Positions 13,030-26,718 of a DNA stretch of 64,000 nt are shown here, piece by piece (position 1 is the first letter of the stretch; each line of letters begins with the position of its first letter). Source of the DNA: Lytechinus pictus (Eukaryota); the NCBI RefSeq assembly GCF_037042905.1, contig NC_087251.1, positions 46,562,001 through 46,626,000 of the forward strand, written 5' to 3'. A program made the translations under genes and the position numbers. Under the pieces are notes generated by a model, which was not told where the DNA came from, made no database searches, and worked only from the letters and a program-made list of their open reading frames with translations.

Positions 13030-13240
13030 GGTGGTGTTTCACAAAGATTCAAGAGTGACTTAAAAGGGTTTTGTGTGCGGTACACGCACACATAACCCAC
13101 CATCGCATTGGTCAGATCATAATACAGCGGATGCGCATTACAGCAAAATTAATTAATGAGGTTACAGGCTAGATACCACATGCATGTTGGTATTAAGCAT
13201 GACTCTTAAGTCTCACTTAAGTTTTTGTGAAATGCCCCCC
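13030..13240. mobile_element. Degenerate Harbinger-like MITE
   Basis: GGTGTTTCACAAAGA...TTTTGTGAAATGCCCC inverted ends. Confidence 0.55.
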
Positions 13241-14305
13241 CCCCCCTTCCCAGGTTGGATAAAAGAATGTACACAAACAAATTCTTAATCAAGCAGCAAA
13301 AAAAGTATAATGCACTCAAAATTGCATGTTTTATTCCAAACCCAGAGCAGTATGCGTGTGCCATGGTGTTGCATGTCTATGCTATAGGGTAAGGACTTGA
13401 TGGTGTACATACTGTAAATAATGAGCGCAATATGTGCTATGTACTGTAGTGCTGATGTGATTGCTATAAAACTTCACTTGACTAATTGATTGAATGTCTG
13501 ATTCTTATACAGAAATAGTAAATTTAGAGATGTGTTTTGGGGCAGAATATTGAATGACTTGGTTTTTATCAATGCCTGTTGAATGATCGTCCAACATGAC
13601 TCCAAAGGTCATATGAAATCAATCCAAAATGGCAGAAGTTCACATAACCAGGAAACACATTAGTCACTCAGGTGTACACTTACTTCAAGCACTTCCCGTA
13701 TACTTGTGGGGAATTATGTGACATTTATTTCTTTTAAATTATTGCCAGTTTCTAAAGTTGAGTGACAAGTACATTGGGTTCATACAAAAACGTATTCAGA
13801 CAAGAAGCAATGCGCATATCAAGTGAGATCTACTTCACTAATTTAGATATTAAAAACTTTAGTCTCATTTTATACAGAAGTGGACACTTTGACAGCATTG
13901 GACTCAACGGAATTAGCAAGATTAACACTACCACAAATCTAAACTTCTACAGAACTGTTAAAAAAGGTTTGTTTTTTTTAAACCAAGAAGTGCTGCCTAA
14001 AAACGACTTTCACTTCATTACATCGTAAATTACGGTGACCATAACTGGGAGCTTTTATAGAAGAACAGGAACACTTTCAACGGGTTACACAATGAGCCAC
14101 GTTAATTGCTATATCTTTCTACTCTTTCTCCGCATCTCCATGCCTATCTATCAATACCCTTCCCTCATTCGCTTTCTATCAATTTCAACTATTTCAAACA
14201 TTAAGATCCCTTTCTAATGATACTTCCAACAGCTTAAACTATTTTCTCTCCAAATTGAAATTTACATTTCCTTGTTTTGCCAAGAGCAAAGAGATTTGCA
14301 TTTAA

Positions 14306-14907
14306 AGGTCAAGTCCACCTCAGAAAAATGTTGATTTGAATCAATAGAGAAAAATCAGAAAAGCACAATGCTGAAAATTTCATCAAAATCGGATGTAAAA
14401 TAAGAAAGTTATGACATTTCAAAGTTTCGCTTATTTTTAACAAAATATATATATGAACGAGCCAGTTACATCCAAATGAGAGAGTCGATGATGTCACTCA
14501 CTCACTATTTCTTTTGTTTTTTATTGTTTGAATTATACAATATTTCAATTTTTACGAATTTGACGATTAGGACCTCCTTGCCTGAAGCACAAAATGTTAA
14601 AATAATGGAATTCCACGTGTTCAGGGAGGAATGAAACTTCATTTCACATGACAATGACGAGAAAATAAAAATATTTCATATTTCATATAATAAAATACAA
14701 AAGAAATAGTGAGTGAGTGATGTCATCAGTTCCTCATTTGCATACCGACCGAGATGTGCATATAACTGTTTTGTGAAATGAAGCTAAACTTTAAAATGCC
14801 ATAACTTTCTTATTTTACATCCGATTTTGATGAAATTTTCAGTGTTATGCTTGTTGAATTTTTCTCTTTTTATTCAAATCAAGTTTTTGTTGGGGTGGAC
14901 TTGTCCT
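14306..14907. mobile_element. Kolobok-like MITE family A (TTAA TSD), well-preserved copy
   Basis: TTAA-AGGTCAAGTCCACC...GGTGGACTTGTCCT-TTAA with ~200-bp internal inverted arms. Confidence 0.9.
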
Positions 14908-16189
14908 TTAAGGAGTTTTTCGAAGCACTTGGCTCCACATTACAAAAATAATACTGATTCTGAGAGAAAATATTTAAGAGATGAAATAGAGGAATCGTGG
15001 TTCAAAGAGCACCATCTATCTCTGGCCAGACGGAATGACAGGATTCCCCGAGGCAACAAGACAGGATCTATAAGCATCATTCTGCTCAATATATACAAAA
15101 GCATCTATAGGCATATGCTTGCCACTTCTGACAAGTCATAAAATGTATTCATATATTAAATTAATTGTATATGCATGAATGTAGAATATTCAAATAACAC
15201 CATATCCAATTTGAACAACAAAAAATACTCCATATCAAATTGCATTTGTATACATGTACTACAAATGAAAGTTGACTTCTCCTTTTGATTAAGTTAAAAG
15301 CAGAAGCCCCAAAGCGGTCCACGGAGGGTAATCCTTCAAAGATATAGATCAATGAAAGGATATCACTATCAAATTTCAGTCAAGTGATAGTACCAAGGGA
15401 CAAAATAGTGAAGGAAGGAAAAAATGCTAGAGTACTTGAAAAAGTCATCTCTGCAATAATTTCCCTTTTAAAGTATGTTTAAAGAGTCTGGGATCTGAAA
15501 AGTACACGTGTTTACTTATTGTTAACTTTGTTTTAAAGTGGATATCTAAGAAAAATTTCTTTAAAATGAGTAAAACAATTCCTGAAAATTTTCATTCACC
15601 TTTTTCATTTTAAAATACTTTGGTAGGCTCAATACCACACCAAATAATTCATATGGTCACATAAACATCATCATCATTTTTTTCTTCAATTTCACCCATC
15701 CGGCAATACACCCGAATCAAATTAATTTCAACCACCATGAAAATGCTTTTATGTAAAAAGGGGGAGGTCTATAATCGGCTTTGAATAGAAACCACAATCC
15801 CATTATGACTCTTCGAGAGGTTTTAACCACTTTTGGAATGCAGACCTGGGGCTCTGCAATCATCATAGCACATTGTTAAACAATTGATTGCATCGAGTAC
15901 AATGTACAATTAATCCTGGAAATCAAGCGTATGATTGATCGCTAACCTTAAGTGTTACGGGACCCTGATGACTGCTGTCTAAAGTAGATGTGGAATCATT
16001 CACTTGATCAGAAACGAGAGACGGACTGAGCCGAGTGGTTCCAGCCCTCCTACAAAATACCCCCAACATGATCCCGAGGAGTACTCGAGGAACGCATTAT
16101 ATATCGCTGTCAAGGAAGGAGATTAAGACGCCAGCGGAGGAGACGGTATGAGTGAAGGAACTCCTGGGGTCGTTTGGTCTTGTGTAGAG

Positions 16190-16460
16190 CATGATTTACA
16201 GTCTCATTAGGGACTACACTGACAGCTGTTATAAGCTACTGAAATCCTTGCATCCGATTGGCTCAGGAGGAATTAGTCAGTGAAAGTCGTGATTTACAGT
16301 ATTTTGAGGGACTCCACTTTATGGGGGAGCTTTCATGAAACTGAATAGTCAATGATTTTCACTGACTACTGTTCTTAGCTACTGAAATCCTTGCATCTGA
16401 TTGGCTCAGGAGGAATTGGTCAGTGAAAATCAACAAAAAGCTGCATCTTGAAATACTCCC
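16190..16460. repeat. Abundant short MITE family G (core AGCCAATCAGATGCAAGGATTTCAGTAGC), two adjacent copies
   Basis: Same core also at ~921-1059, 8174-8321, 18172-18310, 23179-23285 and 27685-27810; ends GGGGNNTTTCATGAA/TTCATGAAANNCCCC. Confidence 0.7.
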
Positions 16461-18939
16461 TGAGGGAACCAGGTGGGAAGAGTGCTGTAGTCTGATCATA
16501 ATGTGGAGAATTTCTGGGGATAATCTGGGGTTACCATGGGCAGAGGCTTATGGATTACCATGGATTAGTACTCAAGAGGGAGAGTCTGGGGATAATTCGG
16601 GTTCATCTGGGATGGTAAAAGGGCATTCCCCACCAGTGGGATGTTATTTCATAATCGTCTAGCAGATGAAACAGCTTTACATGGGAAATCAACCATGGTG
16701 CACTGGATTATGCAAAATACATATAAATTGCTTTTTAAAAAAAATCCTTCGCTTCATGTACATATACTTGAAAAATAATATGTAAATAATATATTGTCCT
16801 TTACAATTACACAATAAGTTGATTTGTACCCACAAAGGTGGCCCTTTTTCATTCAGCATTTCTTCACCTGATCCAAGTTCAATCTCCTTAAAAAAGCAGG
16901 GCATATGTCCCATTTTATACATATCCTGTGATATAGAGCAAACTGAAATTACACTGCCTTATTCATATCAAAGTAATAAAGCTGCCTGAGCATGCCTCCT
17001 CGCACAACAGATCTATACAGCATACTCATCTCACTCATTAAGAAGATGGCCTTGCGACAGACACGGAACCGATGATTGAGACATCGCTCTTCATCCTCTT
17101 AATTGAACACTAGGTCCCATAAACTACCGTACATGTTGGAGGCCAGATTGCTCATCCGATTGGCCGTTCATCAAAAATTAAAGAAGCCACTCCCTTTAAA
17201 TCAACCATCCATCCTAAAAAACAGTGACCAGAGTAAGGGTTGGTACCCGTTCATTTAAAAATAAATGAAAAAACCACTCTCTTTTAATCAAATCCGAGTC
17301 CTCATGAAACCGCCATCTAGAGTGGCTGGCTTGTAAGTTGTCCATTCATCCCAGATTAGAGATTAGAAGCTGAAGCCTTTCCGCTCAGAAAATGGATGTT
17401 ATATTTACTGCCATAATCAAATTTATCATGTAATAGGGTAACGCTGTACAAGGGCAAACTTAGAAAGGGAGGGGTGAAGCGCCGGAGACAGAAAATGATA
17501 TTACATTGTGGTGGCAAAGTGCATGTTAACCTTGCATGCTGAAGGGGACAGGTATGATGTAATCTACATACTATATTTTGATAAATTTTCATGGAATTTT
17601 CAAATAAATATTCTGCATCTTTGGGTTGTTATTCATCTAAATGTAAGTTTATTTTTCATTTGCACCAGAAGAGTATTTGTCGCACTTTTGCAATAATAAA
17701 ATGATAAAATCGAATGAAAATATATTGGTACTGTCTCGCATTGCTTGCAATATTTGAGGACTGAATATCTTCATTGGAAAATATTATTATTGTTGTGATG
17801 TTGTGATATCAACCTTATTACTGTTGAAGACAATTTCATTCTTTCTGGCAGCAATTATAATTAATCAATGTGCCCCTGAGAGCATCATTGCAATCAGGCC
17901 GACGGATCATTCCGACAATAGATGAACTGCTCTTATTCCATTAATGTGTTGAGCCTTGCTGAACACAAGAATTCATAACTGACTAAATTCAGACTGTATT
18001 GTTGAACTACTTCATACCCAGACAAGTCTAACCTTAATGATAAATTTCATGAAGCACTACAGAATAATGCAAGAAGGGCATCACCCATGATAAAATGTCA
18101 TAGGTGCACCAGACAGTGAGGTTCAGGTGGCCAGCATTGATGCACCAAAGCCTGTCGTTGGCAAGATAAACCAGGGTGAATTTCACGACACAAATAATCT
18201 TGATTTTCACTTACTAATGTTAAAAGCTACCCAAATCCTTGCATCTGATTGGCTCAGAGCAAGTTTGTCCAGCATGATAGCTGACTATTTGTTTCATGAA
18301 ACACCCCCCTGATCTTACCAACAGCATGATTTCAGGCAGCTATTACATTCCGGCCGATTACTTGGCCTTACATTGCGGTAATGGGCTTTAGCCCCTAACA
18401 CGCATTTACCGCCGATCGTATAATCTCCCTAACGACCCCGTTTGCCTCCGCGGATGAATGTAAATGACTGCGCTATCCATCAGTGGACGACCTAAATGTC
18501 TTGGCATCCACTCCAAGCCTCACTCTCTGGGGGGACAATGTCTTAAAGCACAGGCAGGTGCATAGTTAGAGGACTCGTATTAAAGGTGGTGGAATGTCAA
18601 CATCACTACTTCACAGATTAAACATCAGGTGCGTCAGGGCTCCAATGCTGGAATCCTCACAGAGTTGAACAAATTGCATGACTACCGGTATATGTATATA
18701 TAGCTTTCTGATTCTCCTTTTGGAAACCTTATTCCACGAGGAGACTTTGTCAAATATCAGCAATGCATGTATTGCCTTATGGAGCCAGACAGATATGACA
18801 AATATGCCAACCACCAGATTCAACTAAATTTCTCACTTATGTCCTTCAATTACTGTTCTCTATCTCTCATACATGCATCACAAATGATTTTTTTACACAT
18901 GATGTTATGATTAATTTCTAAAGCATTTCCATTTATTTA

Positions 18940-19072
18940 ATGTATGATAAAAGAGCAATGTAATAAAATACATGCATCATTCTCAAGGGTGTAAAGTTCC
19001 ATGCCCTGGATTGAACCCCAACTTTTCAGATGTGTAGTCAGGCTTCTCAGACCACTCAGCCACCACAACTCC
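18940..19072 (-). mobile_element. Degenerate tRNA-derived SINE 5' part
   Basis: Minus strand A box TGGCTGAGTGG and B box GGTTCAATCC followed by CCCTTGAG body. Confidence 0.55.
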
Positions 19073-20021
19073 AGAAATTCATGTTTCAATTTACACTGTA
19101 TTGTGCAATTGGTCAAATAGCAACCAATCAAATAACAATTTTCTATTAGCTTTGGACAAAAGGTGAGACAATTTTCTATACCATAAATTTGGTTTAGGGC
19201 CTCAAAGTGACGCCCTCATCAGAACAGAATTTTCTTACAATATAATTCCACACTACAAAATGATAAATCAATACAATTTTTGGAGACAATTTGTGGATAA
19301 ACATCAGAGCACCTTCATCTGTGCTTGTTTTTATCAAACTTAGAATAGAAGGTGCAGGGAATGAAAGGTACTACATCAATACTCTGTCCAAGTTCTAACG
19401 GTAATGTCTTGTTTTTCATCAACTCCCAACAAAGCGGCACAACAAAACCATCTATTTCATTACTTTCATGGATCATATCGGTCCGAAAAACAATTTAAGT
19501 GAGACTGCAAAGACGAGACTGATTTTTGTTTTCCCCTTTATCCAAAACAAAATGCACTTGAAGAAAGTGCTCCTTAAATCCCATGCATTATACAATTGAA
19601 AATTCATGAAATGCTGTTCTTCCATGGTATGTAGAGTGCCTGTACCTCAAGTCTCCAAGCCCCATTTACATATAAAGATTAAAACAACCTTTAAGAAAGA
19701 CATCCTTATCAGAACTTGATGTAAAAAGGATCCCAAGGGTCTATCCTGCGTAAAAACTTGATATCACTGCTGTAAAATCGACCTCGCATGCCCAAACTTA
19801 CTGATTTACCCTAATGGAACATTTTCATCTTCTATCATTTTGTGAGTTTAGGGTTTCAAGGTGTGAATAATATCACATGTGAACAGGGCTTCACATGAGA
19901 AGCAGTGGAACGCATGGCAGGTGCGTACCCTCCTCATTGCAAGGCATTGGGTGAGGTGTTAAGTAGGCATTCAACACCAGCATCTTGACGGAGGCCGGAT
20001 GATGGCTCCACTCATCCTGGT

Positions 20022-20387
20022 TGTATCCGGGAAGTCATGTTCTGGTCACCTGGTTCGTGCTTGCTCATTAAAAGTTAATGTTGTCGAGCCTCTTGTACTG
20101 ATGGCGTGGTGTGGAGGGAGGGTGGTGTGATGTTTGGACATGGAATGGACATGAATAGGATCTTAAAGATGAGAGAGAGGGAGGGGGAGGGGTTAGGGTA
20201 GGAGAATGCTGTATTCGAGAAATCATGTTCTAGTCACCTGGTTTGTGCTTGCTCATTAAAAGTGTTGTCTAGCCTCTTGTATCGATGGCGTGGTGTGGAG
20301 GCAGGGCGGAGTGGTGTTTGGACATGGAATGGACATGGATAGAATCATGACGAGAGAGGGGGAGGGAGGGGCAAAGATAGGAGAATG
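20022..20387. repeat. Diverged tandem duplication, ~188-bp unit x2
   Basis: TCATGTTCT.GTCACCTGG...TGGACATGGAATGGACATG...TAGGAGAATG repeated at ~20022 and ~20210. Confidence 0.85.
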
Positions 20388-21100
20388 AGAGAAAGAGATC
20401 ATAACAAGAACAGAAAGGAAAAGGGAGGAGTTCAAAGAAAGAATTAAGGATCTCAAAAATAGTTGGAGTGAAAAGGAGATGAAAGAGATTGTACAAGAAA
20501 AAAAAAATAGCGATCCAAATGCAAATAAATAAGTGGAGGCAATTTTTTTTAATTGTTTTTCAAAAGACGTATTCACAAAGGGTAAATGCACTCAGAAAAT
20601 ACAGTTTTGATGTGTTTGATGTGCCTTCTTATACATGTACATGGTATTTGGAATTTGATCCTTACATGTAGGTGTCACCCCCCCCTCCCCCAGAATAGCA
20701 TCAATTTTACCTTCCTTTCATATTTTGAAAGAAAGACATATTACATAAATCAAAATGGAACAAAAAATGCTTCAAATAAACAATATTTGCATTCAAGCAA
20801 ATTTGGAAAGTTTAGTGATCAAGTATGCACAGTCATAAACAACACACTCAACAATACATGTACATATGAAACAGATTCATAATTCCCAGTATTTTAAAAT
20901 ATCTTTATGCATAATTCATATAAAGCAAATTCACTGCACTGAGGATGGCCTTGCCTTCAGCTCCATGGGTTACTAAGATTTACAGAATAAATTTCTTTAA
21001 AAACACAACAAAAAGGCAAACGAACTGCAAAACGTGCAGGTATGAATAAATTTGATCACATCTGTATATAAAAGATGTATGCAGACCATCATCACCATAT

Positions 21101-21175
21101 AGGAGCGCCTTGAGCACCTAACAAGGTGGATATGTGCGCAATATAAATACCCTATATTATTATTATTATTATTGT
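21101..21175 (+). mobile_element. L2-type LINE/SINE 3' tail
   Basis: GCGCCTTGAG...GGATATGTGCGCAATATAAAT followed by (ATT)n. Confidence 0.65.
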
Positions 21176-21690
21176 TCAAATATGTTATCTTCTAAAGAAA
21201 ATTTGCATATTTCAATTGTTTCCTGAAATTCCTAAATTTTCAAGCAACAAAAATAGGAGTTGTATTAAAGGATTTTGTTTTGATAATGCAAATTCATAAT
21301 TTTCAGTTTGGTTTGGAAATTCATAAACAACACAGTTTAATACAGAATTTTCTGGAATATTTCATTGACGAGGTGATTGTAATACCATGGAGCTATCTGT
21401 GTTTAATAGCTCCATGGTATTACCGTCTTCACACTGGCCTCAAACACCGCTACAGTCTCAGGACAGTCCCGGGACTGTAGCGGTGTTTGAGGCCAGTGTG
21501 AATTCTCGGACCCGCAACAAACTACCCTGGGATAACCTTGCCTCACTATAACTCCGCAACAAACTATCGCTAGGCAAGCCATAATAATAGCAACGGGACA
21601 GCCTAGCGGCTGTCGCTGTGTTCCTTCAGTGTGATGGCACACCACTACAACACCAGCATAAACCATTTGTGATACGTTTACTATAATGTG

Positions 21691-21758
21691 GGGGCGTCGT
21701 GGTCTAGTGGATATGACTCTCGTCTTTCAATCTGAAGGACGTGGGTCGATTCCCCACC
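21691..21758 (+). mobile_element. tRNA-derived SINE head (not a functional tRNA)
   Basis: A box TGGTCTAGTGG, damaged B box GGTCGATTCC, TTC in anticodon-loop position; acceptor stem imperfect; lies within a CTTCACACTGG...CCAGTGTGAAG element (~21425-21985). Confidence 0.6.
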
Positions 21759-22359
21759 CTCAAACATTTCCGGTGTATCAGAGGTCGGATCACTCAGAGG
21801 TCACAAGCCTACATACTGTGTTTTGTTACTGAGGTCATAAAAATCACCTGCTGCAGAGTGAATGGATGTATACATGAAATTCATATCGGGACTGTGCCGG
21901 GAGAATTTTCTACAGTGAATGCATTTATAGTGATGTCGCCATCATGCAACACTACCAGGATAAATTTGAAAACCAGTGTGAAGTGTCTCCCTTTGACCTT
22001 CATTATTGACTCTTAACAGTGTTTTACAGCATATCCAATTGCTGAAGACATACGCAGTCATGTGATTAAATTTTTATCTCAAGCTGGTTATGACACTTGC
22101 TCTGTATACAAGCCTTAAAACAATCCAAGGACATCTAAGGACAAGCCTTGGATGACCTACTGATTGGCGTTGACCTCCTTTTAACTGGCCTTGGATATTT
22201 TTGTGCCTTTTTTTCATTTTCTGGTTCGTATACTTTCATATTTCATAACTGCATTTGATATTGAAGGATTATGGCAATGTCACTGGTAACTGAAATAGTG
22301 GGAGGGTGTGCCTTAATCTTCATCAGTGGTTCTTCTCAGTCTCACTTGGAAAGTGTTAA

Positions 22360-22677
22360 ATGGTATGGCACCAAATATCAAATTTTGCGAAAAATCTCAT
22401 TGCTCATTAATTATGCTAATTTAAGTTTGCTCTAATTAATAAAATAATGCCCTATTTGCATTGGATTTGTACAAAAATTCAAGTTTTTGAGTAATTTTGG
22501 GTCTGCATGCACTTACAAAATGTTGCGTAATTTCGAAACCACGTACCCGGGGGTCACAGTTTTGGTCTCAAAAGTTGCGCAAGACTTGAAAGTAAAAAGT
22601 CAGTGAGCGACGCGGTCAAAACATTTCGAGCGGCGGATTTATCGCGAAAAATGTCGAGCCCCCCAGTCTTCTTAGGG
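22360..22677. mobile_element. piggyBac-like element, one terminus only
   Basis: CpG-rich segment ending AGGG-TTAA (TTAA at 22678-22681); no matching left end seen. Confidence 0.45.
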
Positions 22678-22680
22678 TTA

Positions 22681-22957
22681 AGACTCCCAAGACACGTGTA
22701 GCATATGGTGCGCGAGCTTTCTCTGGCTCAGCACCTTCTCTCTGGAATAATTTGCAGTTGAATTTAAGAATTATACCATCACTGGAGACCTTCAAATCTA
22801 AACTGAAGTCTTATCTTTTCTAACAGTATTAGTTATTGGCACTTTGACACTCGATCATCCAAACTTTCTCATCTTTCTTTTCTTGTGCGCCTCGGAATAG
22901 AATATTTCTAGATAGATGGCGCTATATAAATGCCCATTATTTTCATTATTAGTATTA
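22681..22957 (+). mobile_element. 5'-truncated L2-clade LINE 3' end
   Basis: Encodes TPKTRVAYGARAFSGSAPSLWNNLQLNLRIIPSLETFKSKLKSYLF-stop (ORF2 C-terminus), then GCGCC...GGCGCTATATAAAT and ATT-rich tail. Confidence 0.8.
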
Positions 22958-25900
22958 TACAAGTATTTATCTCGGGAAGGTGGATTGACCCTGTACAATA
23001 ATGTTCAAAAGTGCAACACTTGACAAGCAAAACATGTACATGTACTACATCGACTGAACATTTCATGACTCTCGCATCAGGGGAGGGCGATCACATGTGT
23101 ACCATGCACCATCAGAGCATGAACATGAATATTAATTCAACTGTAAACTTGTGAAGTTTTCTTATCTCCAAAGTTCGAGGGAGCTTTTCGTGAAACAAAT
23201 TGTCAGTGCTTTTCACAGACTACTTTGTTCTCAGCCAATCATACGCAAGGATTTCAGTAGCTTATAACAAAGAAAATCACTGACACATAGAACTCTGCCA
23301 TGAGCTGCTCACTACTGCATCTGCCTACCAATTTGCAGTCCCAAGGGTCCCTCTCCATATCTTGCCAGCACTTCCAAGATCAGATTGTGGCTTTGACTAT
23401 GATCTAGAACTACTAGTATGCAAGAATACATCTCAAGCTCGATTTGTTGAGATTACTTTTATAAATTTTCTGACCAGATGCTCAGCTTTAATGTTTAAAC
23501 AGCAAAGAAAAGTGTGCATACTGCATAGATCTAATGGGAGACCCTAAGATAAAACTGTTGAGAAACTTTCTCTGTGATTCTGGTGGGTGCCCCTTGCAAT
23601 AGAGGTACAGCCAGCGGAGCATGCAGAGAGCTGAGGCATGGTAAAGACAAGTCATCTGGAAGCCCACAGAGCTGATCATGCACTGGCCTGGACTGGCTGG
23701 TGCACAGTGCACTTGTATTGAATCATGGAGTGAATCGAGAGTAATCGGTTACTTGAACCAACTTGACACCACCTTGCTCATGTGCACAGATGAAATGTGA
23801 CATAGATGTGCAGATAGCCTAGGTCTATAACTTCTCAAGACCAAGTGTATTTTTTCAATGTTGTGTACCAGTGCTTTAAACAACTGTCCATCAACAGATA
23901 AATTAAAAAATTACTATGATCTAAATGTAGCGTAGATTCCGTATGATTTCATTTCACACTTATGGACGACTAATTAGGCTTGTGCCATCACACCAGGTAA
24001 GGCTATCCCGTAACCGGACCATTCAAGAAAACAGCCCTCTAACTTCCAAAAATGTTGGGTCAAGTCTACCCTACCATTAATTTAGGTATAATTTTCACAA
24101 ACCATCCCATGAATTGGACCCGACCATTCGGGAATTTAGAGAGCCCTTTTCTTAAATAGTGGGGTAAACTGGACCATGACGTTTCAAGAACTTATGAGGC
24201 CCCTCTTCTCGAACAGTCTAGTTTCGCGATTGGCCGACCCGACGCGATAACCTGATGTGAAGACACAAGCCAATTTTGAGGGTTTCAGCATATGAATCCT
24301 CTGCTAAAATAAAAGTGAATATGCACTGTCCTCCCTATTCACATGTCCCACATAGCACGTTCATAAATCATACACCAAATCTTGCTCAGGGCAAGATCAA
24401 GATCACTCCCTCGAACAACCTCTTCATTAATATTGAACGACGAGGTGAACTTGTTTGCACTGCAAAAGACAAGCACCTTGCCAGAGCACAAGAGAAAAAG
24501 GTAATATCCTCATGAGGTAGACCGTCAATCAACGAACGGAAGAGCCCTTGGATGTTTTATAGACATTTGCACATCACTAGTTAGCGTGTTTTTTCACTCA
24601 GAAAAATGTAAGTAATTGACATTTTTTAAACCTGGAATAATGTACTGCCAGGTTTAATATGGAAAGTGTCATCACCGTTATCATACTTCACCATTTCTCC
24701 TTGAATATGAAAAAATGGATTATTTATTAGAAATCAGAGGAAGAGATGCATTGTCAGAGAGCAAGATTATCACTATTATTGAAGAAAAAGCCTACCCCCC
24801 CCCATCATACGTATTCAACCTTTTGGGAAAAACTTTGTTCAAGAACTAAGCAGAAAAAGAGAAAACATGATATTTCTTTCCCATGATTCATGGTGTATTC
24901 ATTGCAGTTTTCAACAAGAATTTGATTCAGTCACATGACACTTTAAAAAGAAGTAACTTTTGTGAAATCTTGTAAATTATCAAAGTGCTAATTCTTGTGT
25001 ACAAAGACTGTTAGCACTTAAGATTGTATCCAACTTCACTGGAGATGGTGACATTTCTGAGGTAAAATCATTTGCTTGATGGATAAAAATACTTTCTTCA
25101 CCTACAAACATTTTTATTTTATGTAATAAGACTGGTAATCTAATTTGATTATGAAAGAGGAGTACCTACATGTACATTTTACAAATTTAAACATGCTGCA
25201 TTTTAAACTTGGTTTTCAATAATAATTGTGATAATCTTACTTTATAAAAAAAAAAAAGTGTCACTTGCTGGGCTTTTAAATGATTCATTTTTTCCCAGGG
25301 TGAAACAGTTTAACATACATAATAATAACAGCACAGGCATTTTCCACCTGTATTCCATGACATGTTAATAACATTTCAATTATTCAAGAGATTTCGATGT
25401 GATGAGCATTTTAATTCAGGATATGATTTATCTAGATAGGTAATCCCCCAATACGGTGAAGCTGAAATTTTGTTGGTTTTCCATATCCATGATAATTACA
25501 AATTTCAGATGACAATTATAACTTGGGGATTGAATGCATAGATAAGGCAATCCCCTGAATACAACATCCTTTGCAAAACAACAATATTCATCCGCCCAAT
25601 AAACATCCCAATTTAGAATCAGGTTACGAACAAGTACATTCAGATTTAAATGCAAGGTTACAGCTAATATCATCAATATATTTTATTTTTCAAATGGAAA
25701 ATTGTCAAAGCAAACAATTTATTTTTGTCCAGGAAAACTGACTGACATAAAAATTGTATGATTAGCTGTTCATCACCATACAATTGCATTTAATTTCTTG
25801 TTTAAAATAAATAAAAAGTCCTTATTTTCTGCGATCACACAAGGATTTGGGAGATGAAAACGGGGAGCAGAAAACAATTTCCTGTGAACTAGTGCCCTAC

Positions 25901-26500
25901 AAAACAAACAAAGACTAGCATAATATTGTTGTATTACTTGTTCATCTCAAAATCCCTACTTGTCTCACGGTAAGCGTGCTTGACGTTAATTTTGTGTGGC
26001 CTGAAATTGAAAATGAATTTGTTTATATGCATCCTCCGTGGCTGCCTCACTCCACTTCTGCAAGGAGTAAAACAAATAAAAATTCAAAATTGATTTAAAG
26101 TTGATGCAATTATATTGCCCCGGGCCGAGTCGTCGAGCGAGGAGAATGAGAGAGATGGTGTGATTGCATTGTGAGATGATTGGGGGGTATTAGATTAGCA
26201 AGCAGACAGTGCGTGGGCCATCCATCGGACCGTCCTCATTAAATAGGGTTTAACATACCATGGGACAACAAAATGAAAATATTCCTCGCTACCATCCCTT
26301 TGTAAGCAAATATGTATGAAGTTAGCTTTGGAAATGAAGCCTGGTTGAATCCAATTAGGTGAAAGATTTGACTAAATTACATACATGTAAGAGGTCTCTT
26401 TGTCATTTTCAGTCAGCGGATTATATTTTGACTTTTATTAAAATTTGTACATTAGTGAAATGCATGTCAATGCATGAAAAAGATAAATTTTCAATTTTGA

Positions 26501-26718
26501 CAATAATAATAATAATAATAATACAGGTATGTTTACCCAGGGAAGCCGCTTCAGTTCCGAAAACTGTTCTCCCAGCGGGCCCTGCTATTATTATTACCCC
26601 GGCTTTAGCTGGGCTGCCTAGGCGCTCAAAGCATTCAAGGAATTTCTTCCTACCGGGTACCCATTCATCTCACCTGGGTTGAGTGCAGCACAGTGTGGAT
26701 AAATTTCTTGCTGAAGGA
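26501..26718 (-). mobile_element. 5'-truncated SINE with (ATT)n tail
   Basis: (AAT)n at 26501-26522 on plus, followed by typical SINE body TACCCATTCATCTCACCTGGGTTGAGTGCAGCACAGTGTGG. Confidence 0.7.

Noticed and set aside
17310-17328. CTCF-like motif CCGCCATCTAGAGTGG
   Set aside because: Deviates from GCCATCTAGTGG by a 2-nt insertion; a single imperfect match is not enough support.
21691-21758. Possible tRNA-Glu gene
   Set aside because: B box has a deletion and the stems are imperfect; better explained as a SINE head.
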